Below are positions 55,401 to 62,759 of a stretch of 64,000 nt of DNA, one piece after another. The notes under the pieces are model-generated. The model did no database searches, had not been told where the DNA came from, and saw only the letters and a program-made list of their open reading frames with translations. Source of the stretch: Negaprion brevirostris (lineage: Eukaryota); contig JARDVH010000115.1 in NCBI GenBank assembly GCA_030324005.1, positions 72,602,439 through 72,666,438 on the forward strand, read 5' to 3'. Every line of letters starts with the position of its first letter. Within the stretch, counting starts at the first letter, position 1. Position numbers and translations under genes: made by a program.

Positions 55401-56687
55401 NNNNNNNNNNNNNNNNNNNNNNNNNNNNNNNNNNNNNNNNNNNNNNNNNNNNNNNNNNNNNNNNNNNNNNNNNNNNNNNNNNNNNNNNNNNNNNNNNNNN
55501 NNNNNNNNNNNNNNNNNNNNNNNNNNNNNNNNNNNNNNNNNNNNNNNNNNNNNNNNNNNNNNNNNNNNNNNNNNNNNNNNNNNNNNNNNNNNNNNNNNNN
55601 NNNNNNNNNNNNNNNNNNNNNNNNNNNNNNNNNNNNNNNNNNNNNNNNNNNNNNNNNNNNNNNNNNNNNNNNNNCCCACGTGCTTTAACTTTACATAGTA
55701 GTCTGGTCTATGAGTCTAAATAAACCACATCTACTGGTTCCCCTCGGTCAACTCTGCTAGTTACGTCTTCAAAAAATTCCAATAGATTTGTCAAGCATGA
55801 TTTCCCTTTTGTAAATCCATGCTGACTTTGATTATACCACTGTCTTCCAAATGCTGAGTTATGAAATCCTTGATAGTAGACTCTAGCAACTTCCCCAGTA
55901 TCAACAATACAACCTCCTCTCAAAACACTGGCTGCTGAAAGTCAGAAACATGCCCTCATTATCTCTGTCGCTGCTATTCCCAGTGGTTTCCTGGTTAACG
56001 TTCTGTTCTTTTTCCTCTGTGAAATTCAGCATGTCTATAACTCAATTTCATGTAAGATGAGGTGAGAGTGCATTTGACCTAGTGTCACATCAAGGAGCCT
56101 TAACAAAACTGGAGTCAATAGTGAGGAGTGGTCTCTGCCGGTTGGAGTCATACCTGGCACAAAGGGCGACAGTTGTGATGGTTGGAGGTCAATGCTAATA
56201 GCAAAATATATGTGCATTCTGTTCTGTGGGAATACATAGACAATTGCAAAACCAATTCACAGTAGAAAAGAATCCACTTCCCACAACTGCTACCTCCTTA
56301 CTGATGATTAACTGATCATTTAACTTTGTAACTACACATGACACATGGTAAATGAACGCAAGCAGAATTGTTGAACTTCTCTTGACAGAACCATACTTTT
56401 GTGCACGTTTAATTTCTGCAGTGGTTTGATTCGTACTTTCCAGGAGATACCTTGTAACTCAAATGTTTTGAATGCATCCACAGATTAAAGCTTTCTTGTT
56501 ATGTAGTAAGTACCGCTCTGCTTACTTGGTTGCTGTGAAGCTTGAACCGGTGCAGGCAGTGCGTATTGTACGGGAAGTTCTGGAAGCTGCCGAGAGAGCT
56601 GAGGATGAACTCATACCGAAGATCTGTAGAGATTGGCTGAAGTCACATCAGCTTAAGACTTTACCACACAAAACCCACAGCAAGTGA
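1234..56687 (+). CDS. ZFYVE26: ZFYVE26 / spastizin (SPG15), multi-exon gene; 33 coding exons in window, 5' part lies upstream
   Basis: Spliced translation matches recalled human spastizin motifs ([52 protein letters not shown]...[12 protein letters not shown]...[48 protein letters not shown]); splice phases are consistent across exons; stop TGA at 56685-56687. Confidence 0.97.
1858..2106 (+). mobile_element. V-SINE (HE1-like), tail B
   Basis: tRNA head cagtggttagcact...gggttcgattcc, V core, tail cttacttgtgactaataaataaa. Confidence 0.8.
2552..3253 (+). CDS. ZFYVE26: ZFYVE26 exon (large)
   Basis: aacag|GT...ACTG|gtaag; [29 protein letters not shown]...[15 protein letters not shown]. Confidence 0.92.
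4420..4512 (+). CDS. ZFYVE26: ZFYVE26 exon
   Basis: tttgtag|AA...ATGG|gtaaaa; basic stretch [15 protein letters not shown]; phase 1/1. Confidence 0.8.
4788..4853 (+). CDS. ZFYVE26: ZFYVE26 exon
   Basis: caatag|AG...TCAG|gtatgt; [13 protein letters not shown] resembles human LESTSSELSTSTS. Confidence 0.85.
5343..5655 (-). mobile_element. V-SINE (HE1-like), tail A (CR1-like)
   Basis: tagaatcatacaatccctacagt...gtgaggcagcagtgccaaccactgtgcca. Confidence 0.8.
5790..6770 (-). mobile_element. RTE-clade (BovB-like) LINE, degenerate RT and C-terminus
   Basis: - strand fragments [80 protein letters not shown]. Confidence 0.75.
6812..6966 (+). CDS. ZFYVE26: ZFYVE26 exon
   Basis: ttacag|AT...CAG|gtaag; [25 protein letters not shown]. 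Confidence 0.93.
7000..7315 (-). mobile_element. V-SINE (HE1-like), tail A
   Basis: catagaatccctacagtgca...ggactgtgggaggaaacc...cactgtgccacc. Confidence 0.85.
7997..8189 (+). CDS. ZFYVE26: ZFYVE26 exon
   Basis: tggcag|GTA...GCAG|gtaggt; [20 protein letters not shown]...[11 protein letters not shown]. Confidence 0.93.
8562..8825 (+). CDS. ZFYVE26: ZFYVE26 exon
   Basis: gtatag|GT...AAAG|gtagga; [10 protein letters not shown]...[17 protein letters not shown]. Confidence 0.95.
8985..9066 (-). mobile_element. Penelope-like element pLTR fragment with hammerhead core
   Basis: - strand CTGATGA AGGAGCAGCGTTCT GAAA GCTC; same family as 32048-32225. Confidence 0.6.
9066..9352 (+). mobile_element. V-SINE (HE1-like), tail A
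   Basis: ggcacagtggttagcactgctgcctcac...gggttcaattcc...gggattctattcta. Confidence 0.85.
9731..9850 (+). CDS. ZFYVE26: ZFYVE26 exon (donor position slightly uncertain)
   Basis: ctgcag|GC...GCCA|gtacag gives the phase-1 junction; [19 protein letters not shown]. Confidence 0.85.
12112..12455 (-). mobile_element. V-SINE (HE1-like), tail A
   Basis: ccctacagtgcagaaggaggccattcagccc...gtgaggcagcagtgtaaccac. Confidence 0.85.
12490..12660 (-). mobile_element. CR1 LINE 3' end
   Basis: agaaacatagaaactagaagtaggccatttggccctttgaacctgctctgccattc...gatcatggctgatc. Confidence 0.7.
12876..12977 (-). mobile_element. CR1 LINE 3' end running into a gap
   Basis: acataagaacataagaaataggagcaggagtaggccatctagcccc. 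Confidence 0.7.
13280..13592 (-). mobile_element. V-SINE (HE1-like), tail A
   Basis: ttcctacagtatagaaggaggccattcagccc...ggcagcagtgctaaccactgtgc. Confidence 0.82.
13766..13930 (+). CDS. ZFYVE26: ZFYVE26 exon
   Basis: tggcag|AG...CCTG|gtcagt; [19 protein letters not shown]. Confidence 0.9.
14103..14237. mobile_element. Short MITE-like element; similar GC-rich remnants at ~8290-8380, 21325-21977, 42885-43170 and 59940-60030
   Basis: Imperfect terminal inverted repeats gggacaatcttagc / ggtaagattccggcc. Confidence 0.4.
14632..14952 (-). mobile_element. V-SINE (HE1-like), tail A
   Basis: catagaatccctacactg...gtgaggcagcagcgctaaccattgtgccacc. Confidence 0.85.
15620..15850 (-). mobile_element. Vingi/Ingi-like LINE 3' fragment
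   Basis: Frameshifted - strand [38 protein letters not shown]...DWL. Confidence 0.6.
16023..16247 (+). CDS. ZFYVE26: ZFYVE26 exon
   Basis: tttcag|AA...ATGG|gtaag; [21 protein letters not shown]. Confidence 0.9.
16516..16621 (+). CDS. ZFYVE26: ZFYVE26 exon (not in ORF track)
   Basis: tcttag|AT...GATCG|gtagga; [26 protein letters not shown]. Confidence 0.92.
18198..18931 (+). CDS. ZFYVE26: ZFYVE26 exon (large)
   Basis: ccgtag|G...GAAG|gtaag; IVNCCCE...[14 protein letters not shown]...PSWKE. Confidence 0.95.
19350..19690 (-). mobile_element. CR1 LINE 3' fragment
   Basis: Reverse-complement homologue of the 39300-39600 CR1 end (gcaaatcactttaaatct, cctgcctccaccac). Confidence 0.7.
20514..20713 (+). 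CDS. ZFYVE26: ZFYVE26 exon
   Basis: gggcag|AG...AAG|gtatgg; KEGWKYLF...[13 protein letters not shown]. Confidence 0.93.
22550..23365 (-). mobile_element. Rex1/Babar-clade LINE 3' fragment
   Basis: [31 protein letters not shown]...[19 protein letters not shown]...[15 protein letters not shown], followed by a tail ending catgtgataataataaatc. Confidence 0.8.
25114..25218 (+). CDS. ZFYVE26: ZFYVE26 exon (not in ORF track)
   Basis: tgatag|ATC...GAG|gtaagt; [17 protein letters not shown]...[12 protein letters not shown]. Confidence 0.92.
26161..27121. repeat. Long inverted repeat: arms 26161-26374 and 26908-27121, spacer ~530 bp
   Basis: Ungapped manual alignment of the left arm with the reverse complement of the right arm: 214 nt, ~24 mismatches. 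Confidence 0.95.
27285..27407 (+). CDS. ZFYVE26: ZFYVE26 exon ending in a GC donor
   Basis: gtgcag|GAG...CAG|gcaagt; EFELCEAW...[16 protein letters not shown]. Confidence 0.88.
27590..28350 (-). mobile_element. Degenerate CR1 LINE fragment
   Basis: tttgtgtcatctgcaaattt (KFADDTK on the - strand), ctccaagtgtggcctaacca (LVRPHLE). Confidence 0.65.
28415..28591 (+). CDS. ZFYVE26: ZFYVE26 exon
   Basis: tgccag|CTC...AAG|gtaagg; [11 protein letters not shown]...[10 protein letters not shown]. Confidence 0.93.
29177..29552 (+). CDS. ZFYVE26: ZFYVE26 exon; start duplicated around an N gap (continuous copy 29303-29552)
   Basis: tggcag|CTT...TCAG|gtaac; [36 protein letters not shown]. Confidence 0.88.
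29633..29952 (-). mobile_element. V-SINE (HE1-like), tail A
   Basis: atcatagaatccctacagtgcag...gtgaggcagcactgctaactactgtgtcacc. Confidence 0.85.
30996..31094 (+). CDS. ZFYVE26: ZFYVE26 exon (not in ORF track)
   Basis: gtctag|AT...TCTG|gtaagg; [10 protein letters not shown] resembles human DSVIHLQEIV. Confidence 0.88.
32048..32225. mobile_element. Penelope-like inverted pLTR remnant (hairpin)
   Basis: Arms acagtaagaagtctc...tggaatcat / atgattccaa...ttcttactgt enclose a degenerate CTGATGAAGGAGCAG motif on the - strand. Confidence 0.6.
32301..32467 (+). CDS. ZFYVE26: ZFYVE26 exon, N-terminal half of FYVE domain
   Basis: ttgcag|TT...ATG|gtaagg; [33 protein letters not shown]. Confidence 0.95.
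32776..33335 (-). mobile_element. V-SINE, tail A, interrupted by a ~290-bp insertion
   Basis: Tail at 32776-32870; body resumes at ~33158 (aatttagcatggccaat...ttggactgtgg). Confidence 0.7.
34120..34425 (+). mobile_element. V-SINE (HE1-like), tail B
   Basis: ggtggcacagtggttaacact...ctacttgtgactaataaataaac. Confidence 0.85.
35432..35568 (+). CDS. ZFYVE26: ZFYVE26 exon, FYVE PI3P-binding core
   Basis: gactag|TTC...AA|gtaagt; [19 protein letters not shown]...ARVCDQCY. Confidence 0.96.
36098..36400 (-). mobile_element. V-SINE (HE1-like), tail B
   Basis: tttatttattagtgtcacaagtag...gtgaggcagcagtgcttaatcactgtgccgcc. Confidence 0.85.
36945..37101. mobile_element. Penelope-like inverted pLTR remnant (second family)
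   Basis: atgctggaaaatctcagcagat...agctaacattttgagtc is inverted relative to gactcaaaatgttagct...atctgctgagattttccaacat. Confidence 0.55.
37260..37558 (+). mobile_element. V-SINE (HE1-like), tail B
   Basis: ggtggcacagtgattagcact...gggttcgattcc...tgtgacactaataaataaac. Confidence 0.85.
38363..38391 (+). CDS. ZFYVE26: ZFYVE26 29-nt micro-exon
   Basis: cctatag|T GAA AAA...GAA G|gtgag; converts phase 2 to phase 1 as the flanking exons require. Confidence 0.8.
38484..38617 (+). CDS. ZFYVE26: ZFYVE26 exon (not in ORF track)
   Basis: taatag|AT...CAG|gtgaga; [21 protein letters not shown]. Confidence 0.92.
38790..39605 (+). mobile_element. CR1 LINE 3' fragment with tail
   Basis: [23 protein letters not shown]...[11 protein letters not shown]...LERVQ...RLERLGLF; tail gatgggccaaatgatctcc. 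Confidence 0.85.
39950..40170 (+). CDS. ZFYVE26: ZFYVE26 exon
   Basis: tcacag|GCT...AG|gtgagt; [14 protein letters not shown]...SQDLALCD. Confidence 0.96.
40310..40612 (-). mobile_element. V-SINE (HE1-like), tail A
   Basis: atagtgcagaagaatgccattcagccc...gaggcagcagtgctaaccactgtgccac. Confidence 0.8.
40745..40920. mobile_element. Penelope-like inverted pLTR remnant (degenerate)
   Basis: atgctggaaata...gtggagagagaaacggagttaacgtttcagg followed by a diverged inverted arm. Confidence 0.45.
41708..42012 (-). mobile_element. V-SINE (HE1-like), tail A
   Basis: atagaattcctacagtgcagagg...gtgaggcggtaacactaaccactgtgc. Confidence 0.85.
42521..42668 (+). CDS. ZFYVE26: ZFYVE26 exon
   Basis: gtgcag|C...GAG|gttagt; [14 protein letters not shown]...[17 protein letters not shown]. 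Confidence 0.95.
43674..43883 (+). CDS. ZFYVE26: ZFYVE26 exon
   Basis: tcttag|GTT...TTG|gtaatg; VSTK...[10 protein letters not shown]...[15 protein letters not shown]. Confidence 0.95.
44350..44695 (-). mobile_element. Vingi/Ingi-like LINE 3' fragment
   Basis: - strand [30 protein letters not shown]...[14 protein letters not shown]; shares ~80 nt with 15755-15835. Confidence 0.65.
45785..46003 (+). CDS. ZFYVE26: ZFYVE26 exon (NAGNAG acceptor)
   Basis: aatcag|CAG GAT...AAG|gtaag; [21 protein letters not shown]. Confidence 0.94.
46335..46605 (+). mobile_element. CR1 LINE 3' end (degenerate)
   Basis: aaaactagaggttataaaat...agaatgtgg...tggttggacgaaatggtctgt. Confidence 0.55.
46897..47094 (+). 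CDS. ZFYVE26: ZFYVE26 exon
   Basis: tttcag|GGT...AAG|gtaatt; [12 protein letters not shown]...[10 protein letters not shown]. Confidence 0.95.
47183..47388 (+). CDS. ZFYVE26: ZFYVE26 exon
   Basis: tttcag|GAT...AG|gtagat; [14 protein letters not shown]...[10 protein letters not shown]. Confidence 0.95.
47400..47842 (-). mobile_element. Older tRNA-derived shark SINE; related pieces at 49240-49510, 62985-63030 and 63345-63550
   Basis: ggatgtgggtgtcactggc...ccctaattgccc tail and aatttaaattccaccagctg...ggatttga...ctggattactaat head. Confidence 0.6.
47878..48175 (+). mobile_element. V-SINE (HE1-like), tail B
   Basis: ggcacagtggttagtactgctgcctcac...tgtgacactgataaataaac. Confidence 0.85.
48378..48735 (-). 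mobile_element. CR1 LINE 3' end (gapped)
   Basis: cataagaacataagaaataggagcagg...cagagattcaccaccctttgagtgaagaagttcctcctc. Confidence 0.7.
49865..50003 (+). CDS. ZFYVE26: ZFYVE26 exon
   Basis: ctatag|A...AAG|gtgtgt; [17 protein letters not shown]...MKMEVACK. Confidence 0.94.
50146..50205 (+). CDS. ZFYVE26: ZFYVE26 exon (not in ORF track)
   Basis: ctgcag|GTG...CAG|gtaatg; [20 protein letters not shown]. Confidence 0.94.
50295..50537 (+). mobile_element. V-SINE (HE1-like), tail B
   Basis: gggtggcacagtggttagca...gggttcgattcc...taataataaataaac. Confidence 0.85.
50630..50950 (+). mobile_element. Penelope-like 3' fragment with degenerate hammerhead
   Basis: Pyrimidine-rich tract then agtacGGATGAaaggtcacagacctGAAAcgttaact...gatgctgccagacctgctgagtatttccagcat. 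Confidence 0.55.
51859..52041 (+). CDS. ZFYVE26: ZFYVE26 exon containing a 30-nt N gap
   Basis: acccag|GAC...CAG|gtgaga; DFQLDAA...[10 protein letters not shown]; frame preserved across the gap. Confidence 0.9.
53445..53580 (+). mobile_element. CR1 LINE tail
   Basis: aaggaattaaggggttatgg...agatcagctatgatcttactgaatg...gccaaatggcctactcctgctcct. Confidence 0.7.
53895..53945 (+). CDS. ZFYVE26: ZFYVE26 penultimate exon
   Basis: ttacag|TCA...AAG|gtaagt; [17 protein letters not shown] resembles human ELEGLIQAIHNDDNK. Confidence 0.88.
54360..54530 (+). mobile_element. Degenerate L2 RT fragment
   Basis: TKVINSIL...DCD...[12 protein letters not shown] resembles L2 KVTNDIL...AAFDTVDHTILL. Confidence 0.45.
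54645..54936 (-). mobile_element. V-SINE (HE1-like), tail B
   Basis: agtttattcattagtcacaagtagg...gaggcagtagtgctaatcattgtg. Confidence 0.85.
55712..55900 (-). mobile_element. CR1 RT fragment
   Basis: [39 protein letters not shown]. Confidence 0.85.
56050..56195 (+). mobile_element. LINE RT fragment (CR1/L2 group)
   Basis: [16 protein letters not shown]...[17 protein letters not shown]. Confidence 0.6.
56484..56687 (+). CDS. ZFYVE26: ZFYVE26 terminal coding exon
   Basis: ccacag|ATT; [19 protein letters not shown]...ICRDWL...SK*. Confidence 0.93.
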   Translation: MKAFLLCSKYRSAYLVAVKLEPVQAVRIVREVLEAAERAEDELIPKICRDWLKSHQLKTLPHKTHSK

Positions 56688-59600
56688 TTTGAAAAGAGCA
56701 TGAGGACAAAGCAATTGTAATTACTACCTCAAGAAAATTTACCACAAAACATTATTTGACTCAACAAAGAGAAGGGAAAAAAGGTCCCAAGAATTGTTTG
56801 TACAATTAAGGGAATGGCATTATATTTTTGTTGCTTTACCTGATAGAAATCTTTTTTTTTGTTTTGAATTTTAGAAAGTTAATTGAGCTCTTCCTGTTCT
56901 CTCTCTCACTCTCTCCACCACCCATCACCCACCACATTCTGATTCTACACTTATTCTAAGTTTATTTGCTGGTAAGTTGTTGATTCCTGTCAAGACAGAC
57001 ATTGACCACTAGCAGCTGCTTGGAATGTGGCACTGTAATAACTGGCTTAGAGTTAGCAGAGCTTTAAAAGAGTGTAGGTTACTAATGNNNNNNNNNNGCG
57101 GCTGCTAGTTGTGGTTGCAGAGCCTGAATTCTGGTTGGTCCCGACACTGATTTGTTCGAGATCACCTTGACAGAAAACCTGAAGTTGCCGTACCCAAATT
57201 GATAGCGAACTGATCAATTTCCAAAGCAGTTTCCACCGAGTGGCAAATTCCAGCGTTGAATTTCACCTGTGGGCTGTGAGCACCACCCCCTCCAAGTTGA
57301 ACAAAGATTCTTAAATGTCGGTATCACAGTCAGCCAAGTGCTTCACTAGTGAAATGAAGAAATTGTCATGATTTCTGCTGTTGTCACTGAAACTTTGTTA
57401 ATCCTACGTACACCCACATTGACTGACCTATCTAAAGGTGATCAAGTTAGAAGCAGTGTGTTTCCCCCATTCCTTTTCTCTCTTTGACTCTTAACTGTGT
57501 ACAGTTCCACGGTGCCTGTAGACCTCTGGTACCTCACACAGATGCCCCCATGTGTGATCTGTCCTGGTGACAGATTCCACTGTGGGGCCATCATGGCCTG
57601 TGCGTGACCCTGTTTTCACTCTATCTCCGCACAGCAAAGTCACTGAATGGCAGAACACCCAGGGCTTTCCCCCCTTCTGCTCCTCTTCACCCAGCCTCAG
57701 AAACTAGCTACAGAGTTTCTCCAGCTGTCCTGGCTGAGATCAGCCGATTCAGCACAAAGCTGACTTATTACTGTTCACACTAAAAGTACCTCTTCAGTCT
57801 CTGTCATCAATTGGATTTGGGGATTAATTTGTTTGCATGTCTAAAGTGGGAGTAATTTGGAGAGAAAAATAAATGTATGATCACAAATTTATTAATTTCA
57901 GAATGCCTTGACACTCCTTTCAGATTGAACTAAAATACAAAGACATGTTCCTTTGTATTTTAAGTACCCAAAGTCCTATTTGTGCAAATTCAAAGACAAA
58001 CACATATATACTTCTGCACGTCAAAGGGTGAATAATGTAGATTCAAACACAAACGTGTGCATACTTCCCCATGTCAAAGGGTGAATTTTTTGAAGTATTG
58101 AACCCAGTTTTCCTACTTGTAACTTCTCTGATCAGCTTGGATAAATAATGGCTATTTGCGTGACATATGCATGAAATGGTCTTGTCATTATGCAAAAGCA
58201 TAAGAATTCTGCTGCACCTTTTGCAGAATGTCACCAAATTGTCACGATGGATCACTGCTATAGTAGAGGGTAACAGAGTCCAAAGACTTGCTGGACAAAG
58301 GTATGCCTTTGTTTACTACTTTCAGTGGAAAAGGGTATCTGGAAAGTGTTACCTCACCAATTTAAGAACCAATACTGAGCTCATCGCTGTATGTCCAATG
58401 CCGGACATNNNNNNNNNNNNNNNNNNNNNNNNNNNNNNNNNNNNNNNNNNNNNNNNNNNNNNNNNNNNNNNNNNNNNNNNNNNNNNNNNNNNNNNNNNNN
58501 NNNNNNNNACATAATGACTACACATCATTGGCGACATTTTGTGAAAGTGCACCTTCACATTTTCATGCAGACTGTTTCAGTGCTAAACTCTGAATATCAT
58601 AGTGCCTATTGGTGTTCTGATTAAGGACTGATTAGATGCATTTAAAATGATATTTTATCTCTGCACAAATAATGCAACATAAAAATGTTGCAGCCAACTT
58701 GAATGAATAGGATACATCTATAAAAAATAGTATGTACTGTAAGTAGTCAGAATTGAAACCCAATCTTTATTGACGCAGTGACCACATAATAGAGCTGCAT
58801 CCTCTCCTTTTCTCAAGATTAATATTTTCCTCTGCTTTCCTAGAGACGCCTTATTTTTATAACATGTACAATTTAAATTTTTATATTTGGAAATTTTAAA
58901 TTCTAAGGGACTATATTTGGAGTTGTCAGCATAATAAGTCTTGTAAAGGTTGATCTGTAAGGAATGTATATCCGAGGCATGTTGCATTGTGCAGTATTAA
59001 CATTCATTAATAGTGTATCCTCCATAGTACAGTGTATAATATCGTATGTAAATATTAGAATTCACAATGATCCAGGGCTGTAAATATGCTTCATATTCTG
59101 TCTTGTAATATTGATGGTTTTGTCTAGATGAAGTCCGGGTTTATTAAATTTGGGTTGGGACACGGCCGCACTCAATTAAATATCCAAAATATTGTTATCC
59201 GGACTAAACACAGATCTCATTCTGCTTCTAGAAATAAATGCAGGACGTGAAAGAAGTGGCACAGTGGAGGGCTGGATGACTGGGTGCTTTTCCTTGTGGG
59301 AAGATGCATCTTTGGCTGATTGACTAAACCACTTTAAAACCATTCTTTTGGAAACACTGCACACTTTTCCCATATTGCTGTGCGGTGAGGTTCTTTGTCC
59401 AATGGAATCCTTGTGTTGCCCTCCCAATTTGCATCAGGAAATGCATTGCCTGTCAGAAGAACTTTGACAGAGCTTTGTGGCAAACATGTAATTAGAAAAA
59501 AAAATCAAGCAAATTGAACAGAAGAAGAAACCCCGTAAAGGGCAGCAGATATTGAAATTAGAAATAAATTAAACTAAATGCATATGGCTAAAGAATTGTG

Positions 59601-60261
59601 TGCGCGCGCGCGTATAGGACTGGGAGAAGCTTGACACAGTAAATGCCATTTGTAAGCTTGGTTACATGATTTAACTCTACTTTGGAAACTAATTCACTCA
59701 ATTTTAATCCTCTTGGGAACTGGGTTAGTTCTGGAATTAAGTATACATTGAAATGGAGTTAAATTGATCTGATGGAAATGTTTTTATAACAAGGTTACAT
59801 TATTTATATTGAAAAATAGCTTCCTGTTTTAAAACAGCAGTGTTAAATCATTAACAGACAGTCAGTGGGCTCCACTGCAGTTTCAGTTGACTTTGCTTTT
59901 TAATGTGTTTACTGATGAAAGTACAAAACTGATGACAAAGGCCAGACTTGCCAAAGTCAAAGGACATTTCAGTGGCTCCCCACATCCTCTGCAGGGGAAC
60001 CCCTTACAGCTGGACTAGAAAATCCCGGCCAGTGCTCGTGCTCCTGTTCAGGCTTCAGTTATCATTCCTCTAGAGCACTAGTGTTTATTCAGAAAGAATC
60101 AACAGAGAATGAAATGTGAAAAATTCCTGAGATTTCACTGCTGAGGAGCTTAAGTAGAAATGTACCTTTCGCATTTCCCACTTAACTCTTACTGAAGGCA
60201 GGAAGTATATTTTGTGGCACTGACTTCACTGATTACATTTGGAAGCAGCAGACTGGTTAGC

Positions 60262-60568
60262 TCAGGTGGCACAGTGGTAAGCCCTGCTGCCTCTCACCGC
60301 CAGGGATCTGAGTTTGATTCCTGGCTCGGGTCACTGCCTGGTGTGGAGTCTGCACATTCTCCCTATGTCTGTGTGGGTTTCCTCCGGATGCTCTGGCTTC
60401 CTCCCATTGTCCGATAGACATGCTGGTTAGGTGCATTTGCTATGCTAAATTCGCCCTCAGTGTATCCAAAGAGGTGCAGGAATGTGGTGCCTAGGGGATA
60501 TTCACAGTAAATTCATTGCGCTGTTAATGTAAATAAGCCTACTTGTGACACTAATAAATAAACTTAAA
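60262..60568 (+). mobile_element. V-SINE (HE1-like), tail B
   Basis: ggtggcacagtggtaagcc...ctacttgtgacactaataaataaac. Confidence 0.83.
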
Positions 60569-60871
60569 TCCTCTCTCCCTGGAGCAAATCAGTCCCCTGA
60601 CCTTTTAATTCTTAAAACATTGAACATTTTTGCTGCGGGGAACCTTTATGATTTTGTTTTTAGTGTGGTGAAGTTAGCAAATACTTAACTAGAAGATAAA
60701 GATTCAGTTGGGCTGCATAAAGATGGGATATGAACATTTCACTTACGTACATTTTAATATATTGTAACAAACTGGCTATTTTGTCCTTTGTCCATTCAAG
60801 ACTTTAAATAAGATTGTTGTCCAGATTTTAATTCTACTCTTTTCTATATAGTTTAAAAAAGTTAGGCTAAG

Positions 60872-61165
60872 AAGTTTTAAAGTTTATTTATTAGTGTCAC
60901 AAGTAGGCTTGCATTAACACTGTAGTGAAGTTACTGGGTAAGTCCCCTAGTTGCCACACTCTGGTGCCTGTTCGGGTACACCGAGGGAGAATTTAGCATG
61001 GCCAATGCATCTAACCAGCACGTCTTTCAGACTGAGAGGGGAAACCAGAAGAAACCCACCCAGACGGGGAGATTGTACAAACTCTGCAAAGACGGTGACC
61101 CAAGCTAGGAATCAAAGCTGGGTCCCTAGTGCAATGAGGCAGCATTGCTAACTACCGTGTCACCT
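60872..61165 (-). mobile_element. V-SINE (HE1-like), tail B
   Basis: agtttatttattagtgtcacaagtagg...gaggcagcattgctaactaccgtgtcacc. Confidence 0.83.
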
Positions 61166-62019
61166 TGGCTATCATAATTATGGAAAATCGAATGGTTTCA
61201 CAGCTCTTGCCTGAGCAATCCAGAATGACTTCCATGTTAAAGTTGTCACTGCATGAAGCTATCTAATGGTAGGTGAAGCTTTCAGATGGTGGATAGATTT
61301 TATTTGGCAGTTTTAAATTGAGGCACAGCAGAATTGATGACGAATGGTGATTGCATTGTGAGGGCTTCACGATGTGAAAGGCTATGCAAAGTTTATCATT
61401 GGTTTGTTGGATACAATTCAAATAAACTGCATCTTTTTGTTTTACTGTGAGGCATTAGCCTCTGTGATTGTTTGCAGAGTTGCACTGTAAAAAGCACTTT
61501 AACCTGTGAAGCTACTCAACCCAATTATACTGAGATTAACCTTAAATGCCAAATACTTTGAAATTATTTTGCTAACATTTCTCAAACTGGACTTTCATTT
61601 TAAAAGCTCTGGATAATCCTTTAATAGTTACTGTGAATGTTTGGAATCTGACATCAGGCTTGTGTAATTTATCAGTTTTTGCTAATTGCTAAACTTTGTC
61701 ACAATTACAATTTTATGCTTGTCTACTTTTTGGAATTTTGATTTATAATTTTCATGACTAATAAATATTATTGTCAAATATACAATTTGTGGTTTATATC
61801 AGAAATGCACTGCTTCAGATATAGCATTAATTGTGCTGAATTTACATCCATGGTCTTGTACAGCATTCACCATAACTGCTGCTATACAATCATTATCAAT
61901 TTATATAGCACCTATGAAGTTGTAAAATGTTGCAAGTGTAGCATGAAGCAAAATTTGATCGATTACATATCAGGGCAGAAGGGAACAAACTTCAGCTGTA
62001 GGTTTTCAAATTAAAATGT

Positions 62020-62200
62020 ACATTTATATTGTACCTTTCATGGCCACCAGATGCCCCACGGTGCCAATAAACTACTTTCAGTGTTGTCACTGTTGAAACA
62101 CGGCAGCCACTTTACCACAGGCCGTGTACAATGACTAGATAATCTGTTTTTGTGACGTGACTTGAGAGACAAACCAAGGATAACATCTCCATCCCCCCAA
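62020..62200 (-). mobile_element. Old SINE with an L2-like tail (DeuSINE/SacSINE1-like)
   Basis: atttatattgtacctttca...gtcactgttg...ggcagccacttt...atgactagataatctgttttt. Confidence 0.4.
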
Positions 62201-62759
62201 CAGGTGACAACTTCAAAGAACTTTCAAATTTACGTCAATCACAGCAATTTGTTGTACTATTTTAATTTTCTCACTTCACATTGGAGCAAAGTTTACTTCC
62301 TGTTCACCAGTCTTAAAAAAAGACCCACACCAAGTTTCTAAAGCACAAAACAAAACAATGTTGGTCATTAAAGCAATGCTTTTGTGCATAAACAGTTTGC
62401 AGTAAAATTGCAGTTAGTGCTATAGTAGCTTCAAAGATTTGTGATCACGTATTGAGATTTTGGCAATTGGTCCAAAACTTGAGCTTTTCCCCCACTTCTT
62501 AAACAGCCCAGACCATATTTGAGAGAGGTATGGCTATTTGAGCGTGGTACCTGGAGGAGGAGGAAAGTGGCTGCTGCAGACTGGACTTGTGATATTGGTT
62601 GCTGATGGCATCGATGCAGGGTGCAACTTCAGAAACATCAACTTCATTATCAAGAAGTTGCAAATTCTGTGTTGTTTTTGAATAGCTGTCAAAGTTGATG
62701 GAAAGCCAGGGTTCAGTCTGCATCTTATGTTCTTGGTTCCCATCCATTTTCATCTTGAT

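Noticed and set aside
54699-55723. Long ORFs of 263-326 aa in the ORF track
   Set aside because: Almost entirely N gap plus SINE sequence.
58005-58090. Short direct repeat (atacttc...gtcaaagggtgaat twice) in the putative 3' UTR
   Set aside because: Only two diverged copies; consistent with a local duplication, not an array.
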